Of a stretch of 64,000 nucleotides of DNA, positions 28,824 through 38,577 are shown piece after piece. The notes under the pieces were generated by a model. It had not been told where the DNA came from, did no database searches, and saw nothing but the letters and a program-made list of their open reading frames with translations. The translations under genes and the position numbers were made by a program. The first letter of the stretch is position 1. Every line of letters starts with the position of its first letter. Source of the stretch: Candidatus Krumholzibacteriia bacterium (lineage in GTDB: Bacteria; Krumholzibacteriota; Krumholzibacteriia; Krumholzibacteriales; Krumholzibacteriaceae); the NCBI GenBank assembly GCA_963836185.1, contig CAWIIQ010000001.1, forward strand, positions 485,597-549,596, given 5' to 3'.

Positions 28824-30078
28824 TCCGGTGATCGTAGTCGGGACTACAGCTGACTATGTCGAGAGGATCGGCGAGAGGATGCCGGAGAGAACCATATTTC
28901 TTTCCGACCTCGATATATATGCGGATTCGTTACGTTCCATGCCCGCGAGAGTATACCAGGTCTTCTCATCGCTCCGCGATCCGGACGAGTCATTCTCCAG
29001 ACTGCGGAGATTCATGGATGATAAGGGGCTCAGCCCCGGAGGCGTAGCGTGCTTTGACTGCGAATCTCTTCTTCTCGCCGCCGATATCGCGCGGAGATTA
29101 TCTCTGCCTTTTCCCACATGGGAAGCCGTGATGAACACTCGCGACAAGCTCATCTCGAGGAGGCTGTGGCACGAGAATGGGATCAAGTGCCCCAGGGCAA
29201 TAACGGCGCGTGACGAGGATGACGTGAGAGCTTTCATAGAGATAATGGACCGTGCCGTTGTCCTGAAACCGGCCACGCTCAGCGGAAGCGAGCTGACTTT
29301 CGTATGTGAAAGGCCCGAAGACGCAGTCGAAGCGTTTCGTGTGATAAGAGACGGTCTTCGCCGGAGAGTGACCGACAAGACACTCAACAGGGACCGCATA
29401 GTCGACGAGAACATTGTCTTATGTGAGGAATATATAGATGGGCACGAATACAGCTGCGATTTTATCAGTGACAAACATGAGACAAAGATCATAAGGACGG
29501 CCCGAAAGTATCTGATGGAAGAGGGACCCGCCGGAACAGCGCAGGCGTATGAAGTGCCGGGGATGTCGCGTGAAAAAGCGGACGCGATCGATCTCGCCGG
29601 ACGTGTATCAAGAGCCGCCAGGGTGCTGGGGCTGGAGCGCTGCCAGGGGATGGCTGATTTCATCATGAGGGCTGGAGCGCCGTATTTTCTGGAGATAACA
29701 CCGAGGCCCGGGGGCGATTGCCTGCCGCAGATAATAGAGCATAGCTGCGGCATGGATATGCTCGGGACACATATCGATTTCTCGGCAGGAAGAAAACCGC
29801 GGATAGTTCCTGAGAAAGACTGGAAACATACCGTTGGACTCAGGATCCACGCGAAGAGGCGGGGGCGCCTGTCGGCGATCCGTCTCTGGGCCGACCGAGT
29901 CCGGCAGGAGATCCTGGAGACAGGATGGTACAGGGAACCGGGAGACAGGATCGGATTGCCGCCTGAAGACTACAGGACATGGGTCATAGGCCATGTGATC
30001 TTCAGGCCGCTTCAAGGAGTGGCCGTATCCGATCAGATCGAGGATCTGATGGAAGCGGTCGAGATCAGGATAGAGTAA
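28807..30078 (+). CDS. ATP-grasp family carboxylate-amine ligase
   Basis: 'VVLKPATLSGSELTFVC', 'CEEYIDGHEYSCDF', 'YFLEITPRPGGDCLPQI'. 423 aa. Overlaps the previous gene by 17 bp. Confidence 0.7.
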   Translation: MSSHVDPVIVVGTTADYVERIGERMPERTIFLSDLDIYADSLRSMPARVYQVFSSLRDPDESFSRLRRFMDDKGLSPGGVACFDCESLLLAADIARRLSLPFPTWEAVMNTRDKLISRRLWHENGIKCPRAITARDEDDVRAFIEIMDRAVVLKPATLSGSELTFVCERPEDAVEAFRVIRDGLRRRVTDKTLNRDRIVDENIVLCEEYIDGHEYSCDFISDKHETKIIRTARKYLMEEGPAGTAQAYEVPGMSREKADAIDLAGRVSRAARVLGLERCQGMADFIMRAGAPYFLEITPRPGGDCLPQIIEHSCGMDMLGTHIDFSAGRKPRIVPEKDWKHTVGLRIHAKRRGRLSAIRLWADRVRQEILETGWYREPGDRIGLPPEDYRTWVIGHVIFRPLQGVAVSDQIEDLMEAVEIRIE

Positions 30079-30090
30079 GGGTATTCAGCG

Positions 30091-31419
30091 ATGGCGGAAG
30101 AAAAGAATATGCTCGAACGGGCGCGGCTGATCTTGAGGCAGGATGTCCCGCCGATGGATCAGGGGCGTATGGAAAGATTCGTGGGGTCGTGCGTTTCACA
30201 GGCGGATCTCTTTCTGGATCTGCGGGAAAAACACGGAGCGCCTCTTTACATCGTCGATCGCGGCGGACTGGTAAACGAGTTCGAAAGAATGCGGGAAGCG
30301 TTCAAAGTACTTCCGGGCGAGGTCGAAATATTCTATGCCCTGAAAAGCAACAGTATGCCCGAGATCTCGGATATCCTCGCCGGCGCCGGCGCCGGCCTCG
30401 ATGTTTCGAGCGGAAAGGAACTGAGACTCGCGATAGAAGCGGGAGCGCGGTCGATAATATTCAGCGGACCGGGCAAGACGGATGACGAACTGGCCCTGGT
30501 GATCGATCATGCGGATCGTGTCACGCTGATGATAGACAGTTTCGGTGAGTTCGACCGGCTTGACCGGCTCACGCGGGAAAAAAGGAAAACGGTCAATGCA
30601 GGCGTACGGCTCACCGTGAATCCGACCGGTCTCTGGCGCAAGTTCGGGATCCCGCTCAAGGAGCTGGCCCGGTTTTTTGCCGGGGTTGACAGAAGCCCGT
30701 TCATCCAGTTCGAGGGATTGCAGTTTCATACGAGCTGGAACCTTACCCCTGAAGCGCATATATCATTTATCGGTGAACTGGGCGCGGCTCTGAAATCCCT
30801 GCCCGATATGATCTCGAGGGAGATCAGCTTCATCGATCTTGGAGGGGGGTTCTGGCCCGAGCACGGCGAGTGGCTTCGCGCCGGCGGCACAGAACCCGGC
30901 AGGTTGCGTAACCTCCTGATGCCGGAAAGGCCCGACACCTCGTCCAGATACATCCTGGAGAGCGCGGATATCAGTGAGTTTGCCGTAGGGATCGCGTCAG
31001 CGCTGGATAAGTCGCTTCCATCGTCGATTAACTGCCGATTCTTCATCGAACCGGGGCGCTGGCTCTGCCATCAGAACATGCACATCCTTCTGACAGTCGT
31101 AGATGTGAAGGCATCCGACATCGTGATAACAGATGCGGGCACTAATGCCATAGGGTGGGAAAGGTTCGAACACGACTATTTCCCCGTGATCAACCTGTCC
31201 GACCCGGATATCCGCGAGCATCCATGTCATGTCTTCGGATCGCTGTGCACTCCCCATGACGTATGGGGTTATTCGTATTTCGGCAGGGGGATCAGCAGGG
31301 GCGATGTGCTTCTTATACCCTCGCAGGGAGCCTATACGTACAGCCTCAGGCAGGAATTCATCAAGCCTCTCCCCGCTAAAGTCGTCGTGCAGGGCCCGCT
31401 CGATCTTCGCTGGTTGTGA
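30091..31419 (+). CDS. PLP-dependent decarboxylase of the Orn/DAP/Arg (alanine-racemase-fold, type III) family
   Basis: 'PLYIVDRGGL', 'IFYALKSNSMPEI' (PLP-Lys), 'GLDVSSGKEL', 'DLGGGF', 'EPGRWL', 'CHVFGSLCTPHD'. Confidence 0.75.
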   Translation: MAEEKNMLERARLILRQDVPPMDQGRMERFVGSCVSQADLFLDLREKHGAPLYIVDRGGLVNEFERMREAFKVLPGEVEIFYALKSNSMPEISDILAGAGAGLDVSSGKELRLAIEAGARSIIFSGPGKTDDELALVIDHADRVTLMIDSFGEFDRLDRLTREKRKTVNAGVRLTVNPTGLWRKFGIPLKELARFFAGVDRSPFIQFEGLQFHTSWNLTPEAHISFIGELGAALKSLPDMISREISFIDLGGGFWPEHGEWLRAGGTEPGRLRNLLMPERPDTSSRYILESADISEFAVGIASALDKSLPSSINCRFFIEPGRWLCHQNMHILLTVVDVKASDIVITDAGTNAIGWERFEHDYFPVINLSDPDIREHPCHVFGSLCTPHDVWGYSYFGRGISRGDVLLIPSQGAYTYSLRQEFIKPLPAKVVVQGPLDLRWL

Positions 31420-31564
31420 TAAATAGCGGTGCAGGACCCGCTCAGTGACGACCGGTATTTCGTTCAGGGCCCGCACGACTTTGACACGACAACTTTGAAT
31501 ATACAGGCGCCCCTCAGTGTATGTAGAATGAATCCAATCTCGTACACACACAAAGGAGGGCGCC

Positions 31565-32437
31565 ATGTTATTTTTTATAGGAGCTGCGGTCCTGTTCTTC
31601 TTCCTGATAGGCATCAGGATAGTCAGGCCCACTCACAGGGGGCTCGTCGAGAGGCTCGGAAAGTACAACCGCTTCGCTCAGCCGGGATTCCACTGGGTAT
31701 TTCCCCTGATCGAGCGGATGATCAGGATCAACGTCACCGAACAGATGGTCGACGCCCAGCCGCAGGAGATCATCACAAACGACAACCTCAACGCGCGAGT
31801 CGACGCCCAGGTATACTTCAAGGTCAAGAATGACGAAGAGAGCGTGAAGAGCTCGCAGTACAACGTCAACGACTACCAGTACCAGATAGTCAACCTCGCT
31901 CGCACGACGCTTCGTAACATCATCGGTACGCTGACCCTCAAGTCGGCGAACAGCGAGCGCGACAAGATCAACGGCGAGCTGCTCACAACGCTTGCCAACG
32001 AGACGAAGAACTGGGGTATGGAGATAGTCAGGACCGAGCTCAAGGAGATCGATCCTCCGAAGGATGTACAGGAGACGATGAACAAGGTCGTCAAGGCGGA
32101 GAACGAGAAGATCGCAGCGCTTGATTACGCCAACGCGGTGGAGCGCCAGGCGGACGGAACGAAGCGCTCCGAGATCAAGAAGGCCGAGGGCATCAGGCAG
32201 GCACGGATCCTCGCGGCCGAAGGAGAGGCCGAAGCGATCAGGCTCGTCAACGAGGCAGCGAACAAGTATTTCATCGGAAACGCGCAGATCCTAAGGAAGC
32301 TCGAGACGGTGGAGAACGCGCTGAAGAACAACGCGAAGATAGTCGTCCCTGCTGACTCGGAGCTGGTCAACGTCATCGGCGAGCTCGGCGGCGTCGTGCC
32401 GGTCGGAAGGAAGGGTGGCGCGGAGACGGAGGCGTAG
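31565..32437 (+). CDS. SPFH/band-7 (stomatin/prohibitin-like) membrane protein
   Basis: N-terminal TM helix, then 'IVRPTHRGLVERLGKYNRFAQPGFHWVFPLIE...' SPFH core. Ala/Glu-rich coiled-coil C-terminus. Confidence 0.8.
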   Translation: MLFFIGAAVLFFFLIGIRIVRPTHRGLVERLGKYNRFAQPGFHWVFPLIERMIRINVTEQMVDAQPQEIITNDNLNARVDAQVYFKVKNDEESVKSSQYNVNDYQYQIVNLARTTLRNIIGTLTLKSANSERDKINGELLTTLANETKNWGMEIVRTELKEIDPPKDVQETMNKVVKAENEKIAALDYANAVERQADGTKRSEIKKAEGIRQARILAAEGEAEAIRLVNEAANKYFIGNAQILRKLETVENALKNNAKIVVPADSELVNVIGELGGVVPVGRKGGAETEA

Positions 32438-32472
32438 GCGGCATTCCGCTGAAAAGAGACATCTATGATAAC

Positions 32473-32498
32473 GGGGGCGTTTTTCGCCCCCGTTTTTC
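32473..32498 (+). terminator. rho-independent terminator (GGGGGCG-TTTTT-CGCCCCC, then GTTTTT)
   Basis: Perfect 7-bp GC stem, 5-nt loop and T-run, 36 bp after the SPFH stop. Confidence 0.7.
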
Positions 32499-32582
32499 AT
32501 CTACCCCGAGATATCCTCCGAATAACGTTGCAATCCGTTCAGACTGTGCTAAAAATATAGTACGTTCAGAAAGGATTGAAAC

Positions 32583-33083
32583 ATGATGACGGAAGAACAC
32601 AATCATTTCATCGAGACATGGGGCTCGATGGGGGTGCTCTGGGGGATCAACAGATCGATGGCGAGGATTCACGCATTCATCATGCTCTGCGAGGAGCCGG
32701 TCGACCTCGAGACCGTATCCGAGGAGCTCAACATCAGCCGCGGCAACGCGAGCATGTCGCTAAAGGAGCTGAGGAACTGGGGAGTGATACACCGCGTCCA
32801 TATCTCGGGCGACCGTCGCGACTTCTATATCGCCGAGCCTGACATCTGGAAGATGCTCTTCAGTATCGCGCGGGTCCGCAAGGAACGCGAATTCGATCCG
32901 GCCCTCGAGGCGCTTCGCGGCCTGCTATCCAACGCGGGGCTGGCGAAGGGGAGCGGAGTCTATACACGGATGAACGATCTGGAGAAATCGTGCAGCAAGT
33001 TTGACAGGATCCTGATGAAGGCCCTTGGCAATGAGAAAAGGAGCAGGGTGATGCTCGACCTGCTTGCTGTCTACAAGGACTGA
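32583..33083 (+). CDS. GbsR/MarR-type winged-helix transcriptional regulator
   Basis: 'ARIHAFIMLCEEPVDLETVSEELNISRGNASMSLKELRNWGVIHRV' wHTH. 166 aa. Confidence 0.6.
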   Translation: MMTEEHNHFIETWGSMGVLWGINRSMARIHAFIMLCEEPVDLETVSEELNISRGNASMSLKELRNWGVIHRVHISGDRRDFYIAEPDIWKMLFSIARVRKEREFDPALEALRGLLSNAGLAKGSGVYTRMNDLEKSCSKFDRILMKALGNEKRSRVMLDLLAVYKD

Positions 33084-33111
33084 GAATCACCCTGCCGCCC
33101 CACCGTATCTA

Positions 33112-34480
33112 TTATTTTACGGTCCTTTCCGAGATGTCCACGCGGCCGCTGTCATAGTGCCCGCGCAGAATCGTCGGTACCCCGTCATCGCCGACGACCA
33201 CTTCGAGCCTGAAGAAGTCGAGCTCATCGAAACAGAACATCGTTTCTGAGATCGCGTACATCCTGAACTTCGGGCGCTCCTCGCGCTGGTAGTACAGCTG
33301 ACCGTCCTCGAACAGGATATTGCGGGGCCCGTACTTCCCGGCATAGCTCTTCATCGTCTTTTCGTCGATCTTGAAAGGTTCGCGGATCGCTTCGTAGCGT
33401 TCGAGCGCCCAGCCGAGACTTTCCTTCAGTTCGGGGATCTCCGCTTCTTCGTATAGCTTCTTGAGAGCTTCGTACTTCGCTACTTCGAGCGCGTCCTGCT
33501 GCGGAACCTGGATGTGAGGCTCGATTCCGGTGCCTTCCCAGTTGGTCATCGTTATCGGATTGACCGCGCGTCCGAAGGGAACACCGAGCTTGACGCCGAG
33601 GTCGGGGAATACCACAGTCGTGGTCGGGTGCGCCCCTCCGCCGGTCGTCTCGCCGATTATCGTGGCCCGTTCGAGGTTCTTCATGTTGTAGGTGAATTCC
33701 TCCGCGCCGGAGAAGGTCCTCCTGGCGGTGAGAATGTAGAGCGGTTTGTCGGCGAGGCTGGGCCCCTCGATATGCGACTGGGTCCAGAACTGCTTTATCG
33801 TGTCGGCCTCGCGGATGTAGAAGTTGTTGAGATGGGTAGCCTCCTCGAAGAAGTAGCTCGAGATGAGCTGGACCATCGTCGGGCTGCCGCCGCCGTTCTC
33901 GCGCAGGTCGATGATCACCGCGTAGCAGTTGGCGAGGAAGTTCATCGCCGCTACCGCCGTCGCGCCGCCGTATTTGGCGTTCGGCGAAGCCGTTGAACTT
34001 GAGGTACCCGATGTTGTTTTCGAGCCGCTCGACCCTTTCGAATCCGAAATTCGAATATGCCGCACGCGCGATGCGCATCTCCCTGTCATCGTCGGTCGGC
34101 TCATCCTGCCTGGCGATGCGGATATCTTCCTCGGTGGCGGGGAAGACCCACAGGTGCCGGTCATGGCTGATCTCCTCCATGTCCTCGGTCAATCTCCTGG
34201 TGAAGACGTCGAGATCGTCGAGGTCATCGTATTTGCCCTTCTTGAGGTTTTTGGACAGGGTCTTGCCCATCTTTTCGGCCGTCTCGGCGAAGATGTACGT
34301 CTTGTCGAGGTGGAACCGGACGCTGTCGATGATCGCGGCCTTCGTGTCCTTGTCGAGTTCCGCGGCATCGGCGCCGGAGGGAAGGAACACGAGGAATGTC
34401 GCGGCGAGCAGCACTGCCGCCAGCACGATTATTATGAGCGCCATTTTTAAAGTATTGTGATCACCGGTCTCTGTTTTCAT
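33112..34480 (-). CDS. secreted S41-family (C-terminal processing / tail-specific) serine peptidase, split by one frameshift near 34000
   Basis: The N-terminal ORF (33224..34480 frame) has a signal/TM segment and '...NIGYLKFNGFA'. The downstream frame (33112..34164) has 'YAVIIDLRENGGGS' (the S41 active-site region). They are joined by a 1-bp indel in 'ttcgccgaacgcc'. Confidence 0.65.
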
Positions 34481-34956
34481 CTCCTGTTCCTTTCTCCGAT
34501 ACGTTCACTGAGACTTCTTTCGTCGAAGGCGTCTTCGATGCCGGCGAGTCCGCTGAGAAAGTCGACTCCCGTCTCATCGACGACACCGGTAGTGACATCG
34601 CTGACATCTTTCCACAGCGGCTCGAGCGCCGTTACCGTCTCCCTGCCTTTTGCTGTAAGGGAGATCAGGCGCCGCCTTCCGTCATCCGCGTCCCTTTCGT
34701 AAGTAATAAGGCCCTTGCTGTGCATCCCCGCGACCATCTGGCTGACAGCCGGGCGGGAGACCCCGAGTTTATCCGCCATCTCCGAGGCGGTGATCCCGTC
34801 CCTCTGAGAGAGCATCCACGCGGCGAGAAACCAGGAGTCGTTAAAATCGATCCCCCGGTCGCGGTAGACCTTCGACGCCTCGACCTTGAGGCGCTCGGCA
34901 AGCCTCTTCATCCGGCTCGCCAGTGCGAAGATCCCGAGTTCTCTCAGTGTGTCCAT
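34477..34956 (-). CDS. MarR-family transcriptional regulator (paralog of 20464..20967)
   Basis: Same length class and alignable throughout ('MDTLRELGIFALASRMKRLAERLKVEASKVY...' versus 'MNLITEMGAFAFASRLMRLSERLKSEVSTVY...'). Confidence 0.7.
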   Translation of the reverse strand: MDTLRELGIFALASRMKRLAERLKVEASKVYRDRGIDFNDSWFLAAWMLSQRDGITASEMADKLGVSRPAVSQMVAGMHSKGLITYERDADDGRRRLISLTAKGRETVTALEPLWKDVSDVTTGVVDETGVDFLSGLAGIEDAFDERSLSERIGERNRR

Positions 34957-35114
34957 CGAAATGACCTCTTCCGGCTATTTAGTTAAGCCCTTAACCATCT
35001 CTGTATTAATATACGCCTGATGGGTCTCCGTGTTCCAGAAAAAATCATTAGATGATGGTATATATGCAGTTACATGAGCCTGGAGGTGCCGTTGTCAGAT
35101 CGTTCTGAAGGTAC

Positions 35115-35187
35115 GGTGGTCACATCAGTTGATAGTGTGGCGATCACATCAGTTGATGGTGCGGTGGTCACATCAGCCTGAAGGTAT
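35115..35187. repeat. three tandem about 24-bp direct repeats, each carrying the inverted repeat CATCA-GT-TGATG (candidate MarR operator array)
   Basis: GGTGGTCACATCAGTTGATAGTGT / GGCGATCACATCAGTTGATGGTGC / GGTGGTCACATCAGCCTGAAGGTAT, flanked by CTGAAGGTA on both sides. The array lies 160-230 bp upstream of the minus-strand MarR start. Confidence 0.55.
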
Positions 35188-35707
35188 AGGCGATCTCCCT
35201 GAACTGGTCGTGGAACTGGTTGAACTGTGCGCCCCTGGTGACCCCGCGGAAGATATAGATAGCCGATCCCCTCTTCTGCATGTACTCGAGTCTCGCCTCG
35301 TAGCGCGGCTCGGTATCGATGACGTACAGGATGTACATCGTCTTCTGCCCGCCAACCTTGATCTCGCCGCTGTCCTCGTACTGGTAGTAGGCTTTTCCCT
35401 CGGGGAGCCTCTTCTTGTAGCTGTCGAAGAACTTCTCCAGGTCCGGGTCGCTCTGCATCCGCATTATAATCACCTCGAACGCGGTGCCCCTGATCTCGGG
35501 GTCCGCGCCCTCCTCAAGCGGCGCGTGAGCCGCGACGACCCTGCCGCCGCCCGGATCTTCCTCCACGGTCCAGTCTGCCGGGAAGGTGATGTGGAAGCCG
35601 TTCACCTTGTCGCAGTAGACACCGGGATCGCCGGGGCACCTCGAACAGGAGAGCAGCGCCGCCGATGCAGCGAGAATACAGGTAAGAACGATGCAAGAGA
35701 GTTTCAT
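35168..35707 (-). CDS. lipoprotein of unknown function
   Basis: Signal peptide with lipobox-like 'LLSCSRC'. 179 aa. No recognisable catalytic motifs. Confidence 0.5.
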   Translation of the reverse strand: MKLSCIVLTCILAASAALLSCSRCPGDPGVYCDKVNGFHITFPADWTVEEDPGGGRVVAAHAPLEEGADPEIRGTAFEVIIMRMQSDPDLEKFFDSYKKRLPEGKAYYQYEDSGEIKVGGQKTMYILYVIDTEPRYEARLEYMQKRGSAIYIFRGVTRGAQFNQFHDQFREIAYTFRLM

Positions 35708-35875
35708 ACTCCGGACCTCCTGCGTGGATGATTACGTCATGGATATATCCTCATGTAGCCCGCCGGTCCGGTCAGTGTCAATCATCATTATCCGGCCCCG
35801 GTCTGTAATTGATTTACTCCTTTCCCTGTGATATAATCCCGGCGGCTCATCCCACATTAAAAAGGAGGGTGTCTC

Positions 35876-38298
35876 ATGGGCAACCGCATTATCCTTGCGG
35901 CGGCGCTTGGCGTTTTCGTCATTGCATCGGCAAGCGTATCCGTGCGTGCCGACTGGCCGGAGAATGGTCTATTGGTCTGCAATGAACTCAACACACAATC
36001 GAATCCCCTTGCCATACCTGACGGTATGGGAGGTGTGATCGTGGTCTGGAGAGATTATCAGACAGGTGATGATATTTATGCCCAGCGGTTCAACGTGAGT
36101 GGAACCCCGCTCTGGGACGCGCGTGGCGTCCCCTTGTGCACGGAAGCATCCAGTCAAACTATAGCCTATGCACAGATATGTTCAGATGGCTGTGGTGGTG
36201 TGATCGTAGCGTGGGGGGACGGCAGGAATGGCGACTGGGATATCTACGCTCAGAGGATCGGCCACGACGGGACCGCACGCTGGACCGTCAACGGGGTTCA
36301 GATATGCACCCTGGTTTCCAATCAACAGTATCCTCAGGCAGTACCTGATGGAGCGGGCGGCGCTTTGATCGTCTGGGAGGACTGGCGAAACAGCAATCTG
36401 GACGTCTATGCGCAGCGGATCGATGCCGGCGGGATAGTATGGTGGACCCACAACGGAGTCGCTCTCTGCACCGCGGTCAGTAACCAGACATGGATCAGAG
36501 CGGCATCGGATGGAAGCGGGGGGATGATCTGCGCATGGATGGACTCACGCGCAGGTAATTACGATGTCTATTCACAGAGGGTCGACGGGAGCGGGAACGT
36601 CCAGTGGACAACCGACGGAATGCCTGTCGCCACTCTCACGACAGTTGACGGGAATCCCTGCATCATTGCCGACGGATCCGGAGGCGCGTTCATAACATGG
36701 ATGGACGGGAGGCCCGGGACGGACGGTATTTACGGGCAGAGGATCGATTCATCCGGTAGTCCGCAATGGACCGTAAACGGGGTATCGGTATGCAGCGCCG
36801 CAAGCAGTCAAGTCTACTCCTATCAGGACCTCGATGGAGAGGGGGGGATGGTCGTAACCTGGCTCGATTACAGAAACGGTATATATGATGTCTATGCCCA
36901 GCGCATGAACGGTTCAGGAGTTGCTCTCTGGACGGTGGACGGGGTTCTTCTCGAGTCGCGTCCGCAAAACATGTACGACCCCAGGATCGTGTCCGACAAA
37001 GATGGAGGAGCGATCGTGACCTGGACGGAGAATGAAAACATATACGCTCAGAGGGTCGATGGAGCGGGAACGGTCCAGTGGCAGATGGAGGGGCTCCTTG
37101 TCTGCGGCGCCCCGGCCTACCAGGATGATTGCAGGATAGTGACGAACGAAGCCGGCGGAGCATATATCGTATGGCACGACTACCGGTCGGGAGATTACGA
37201 CGTCTATGTGAGCAACGTAGAGCCTGATGGATCTCTTTATAGTGCGCCCCCCTCGATATCTTCGGCGAATGATGTGCCGGCCGACCAGGGCGGCTATGTC
37301 TATCTGTCATGGGACGCCAGCCGGGATGAGCGCTTCCGGGGCGATCTTGTGACTCACTATTCCATATGGAGGGCGATCGATCCCGCCGCCGCCCTTCTGG
37401 CTGCCGGCAGCGGAAGGCAGATTCTTGAGGCGGGCGCCGGCAATGCTTCCGTCATCCCCCTGGCTGCCGATATTCCCATCGGCGCTGTAAAGATGGAGAT
37501 TCTCGACGGCGCGCCATGGTACTGGGAACTTGTTACCACACAGGAACTCTACTACCAGGACACGTACGGGCTGTCCGTATCGACACTCTGCGATTCCGTA
37601 GGCTTGGAAGAATGCTGGCACTACTTCCAGGTCGTGGCGCAGACTGCCGATCCGATGGTCTACTGGGCCTCGCAGCCGGACAGCGGGTACTCGGTAGACA
37701 ACCTGGCCCCCTGCCCGCCCCTGGCGCTTGCCGGCGAGCAGAGTTTCACGCCGGAGGGGCTGGAGCTGACCTGGGCGCCGAACACGGAGCCGGACCTCGA
37801 CTGCTACAACGTATACCGCGGCATCGGCCCCTCGTTCGACCCATCGCCCGGCAATCTGCTGGCCGAGGCATGCGACACACTTCTTTTCGACGGCGGCTGG
37901 TCGTGGGACTCGGATTTCTGCTACAAGGTCGCCGCGGTCGACGTACACGGGAACGAGAGCGGTTTCGCTCTGCTGTGCGCAGAGCAGGTCACAGGCGACG
38001 ACCCGATGCCGCTGCCGGAGGCGACTTTCCTCGCGCAGAACTATCCCAATCCGTTCAATCCCGCGACGACGATTGCGTTCGGGCTTAAAAGAGTCCGGGT
38101 CTGTGTCACTCCGGATATATGACGCGGCCGGACGACTCGTAACTACTCTTGTCGATGAATCAAGACCCGCAGGCAGATATACCACTGAGTGGAAAGGCAA
38201 AAGAAGCTGATGGATCATCCGCCGCGAGCGGCGTCTACTTCTACAGGCTTATATCGAAGGAGTTCGAGGAGACCAGGAAGATGATCCTGCTGAGGTGA
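35876..38298 (+). CDS. T9SS cargo protein with 7-8 tandem about 50-aa beta-propeller-like repeats, an Fn3-like domain and a sorting CTD (two 1-bp frameshifts inside the CTD)
   Basis: Repeats 'DG.GG.I..W.D.R.G..DIYAQRI...G...W..NGV..C'. 'YNVYRG' Fn3-like motif. CTD 'NYPNPFNPATTIAFGLK' then, after indels in two AAAA runs, '...VSLRIYDAAGRLV...' and 'ASGVYFYRLISKEFEETRKMILLR*' ending at 38298. The ORF track ends at 38122. Confidence 0.65.
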
Positions 38299-38359
38299 TA
38301 AGTAAAGATGATCCTGCTGAAGGGATGATTTTGTTGAAGCGATGATCCTGCGCATGTAG
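38278..38359 (+). repeat. tandem duplication of the gene's last 21-27 bp (AAGATGATCCTGCTGAGGTGA / AAGATGATCCTGCTGAAGGGATGA / GATGATCCTGCGCATGTAG)
   Basis: The KMILLR* codons recur twice more, immediately downstream of the true stop. Confidence 0.5.
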
Positions 38360-38488
38360 ATCTAGGGTTACGGCCGGATCCATATTGTCTGGTACTGTAT
38401 ATGCCGCATGCACATCTGAGCCGGTGGCGGATACTGCGAAGACCTGCTGCCATGACAGGATTTTTACGCACGATGGGACTGCCGTTTC

Positions 38489-38519
38489 AAAAAAAGCCAC
38501 TCCCGGCGCCGGGAGTGGC
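38489..38519 (-). terminator. rho-independent terminator (GCCACTCCCGG-CG-CCGGGAGTGGC followed by a 7-nt U-run on the minus strand), probably bidirectional
   Basis: 11-bp GC-rich stem. A7 tract on the plus strand equals a U7 after the hairpin on the minus strand. It lies 60 bp downstream of the DUF302-like gene end and 190 bp after the plus-strand cargo gene. Confidence 0.6.
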
Positions 38520-38577
38520 TTTCGTATTTCCTGACGCAAACAGGATATTTGCGAATTGCGCTGGTCAAGGCTCCAGT

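Noticed and set aside
38122-38125. The ORF-track stop of the beta-propeller cargo gene at 38122.
   Set aside because: The protein's sorting domain clearly continues in two other frames to 38298. The 38122 stop results from an extra A in an AAAA run.
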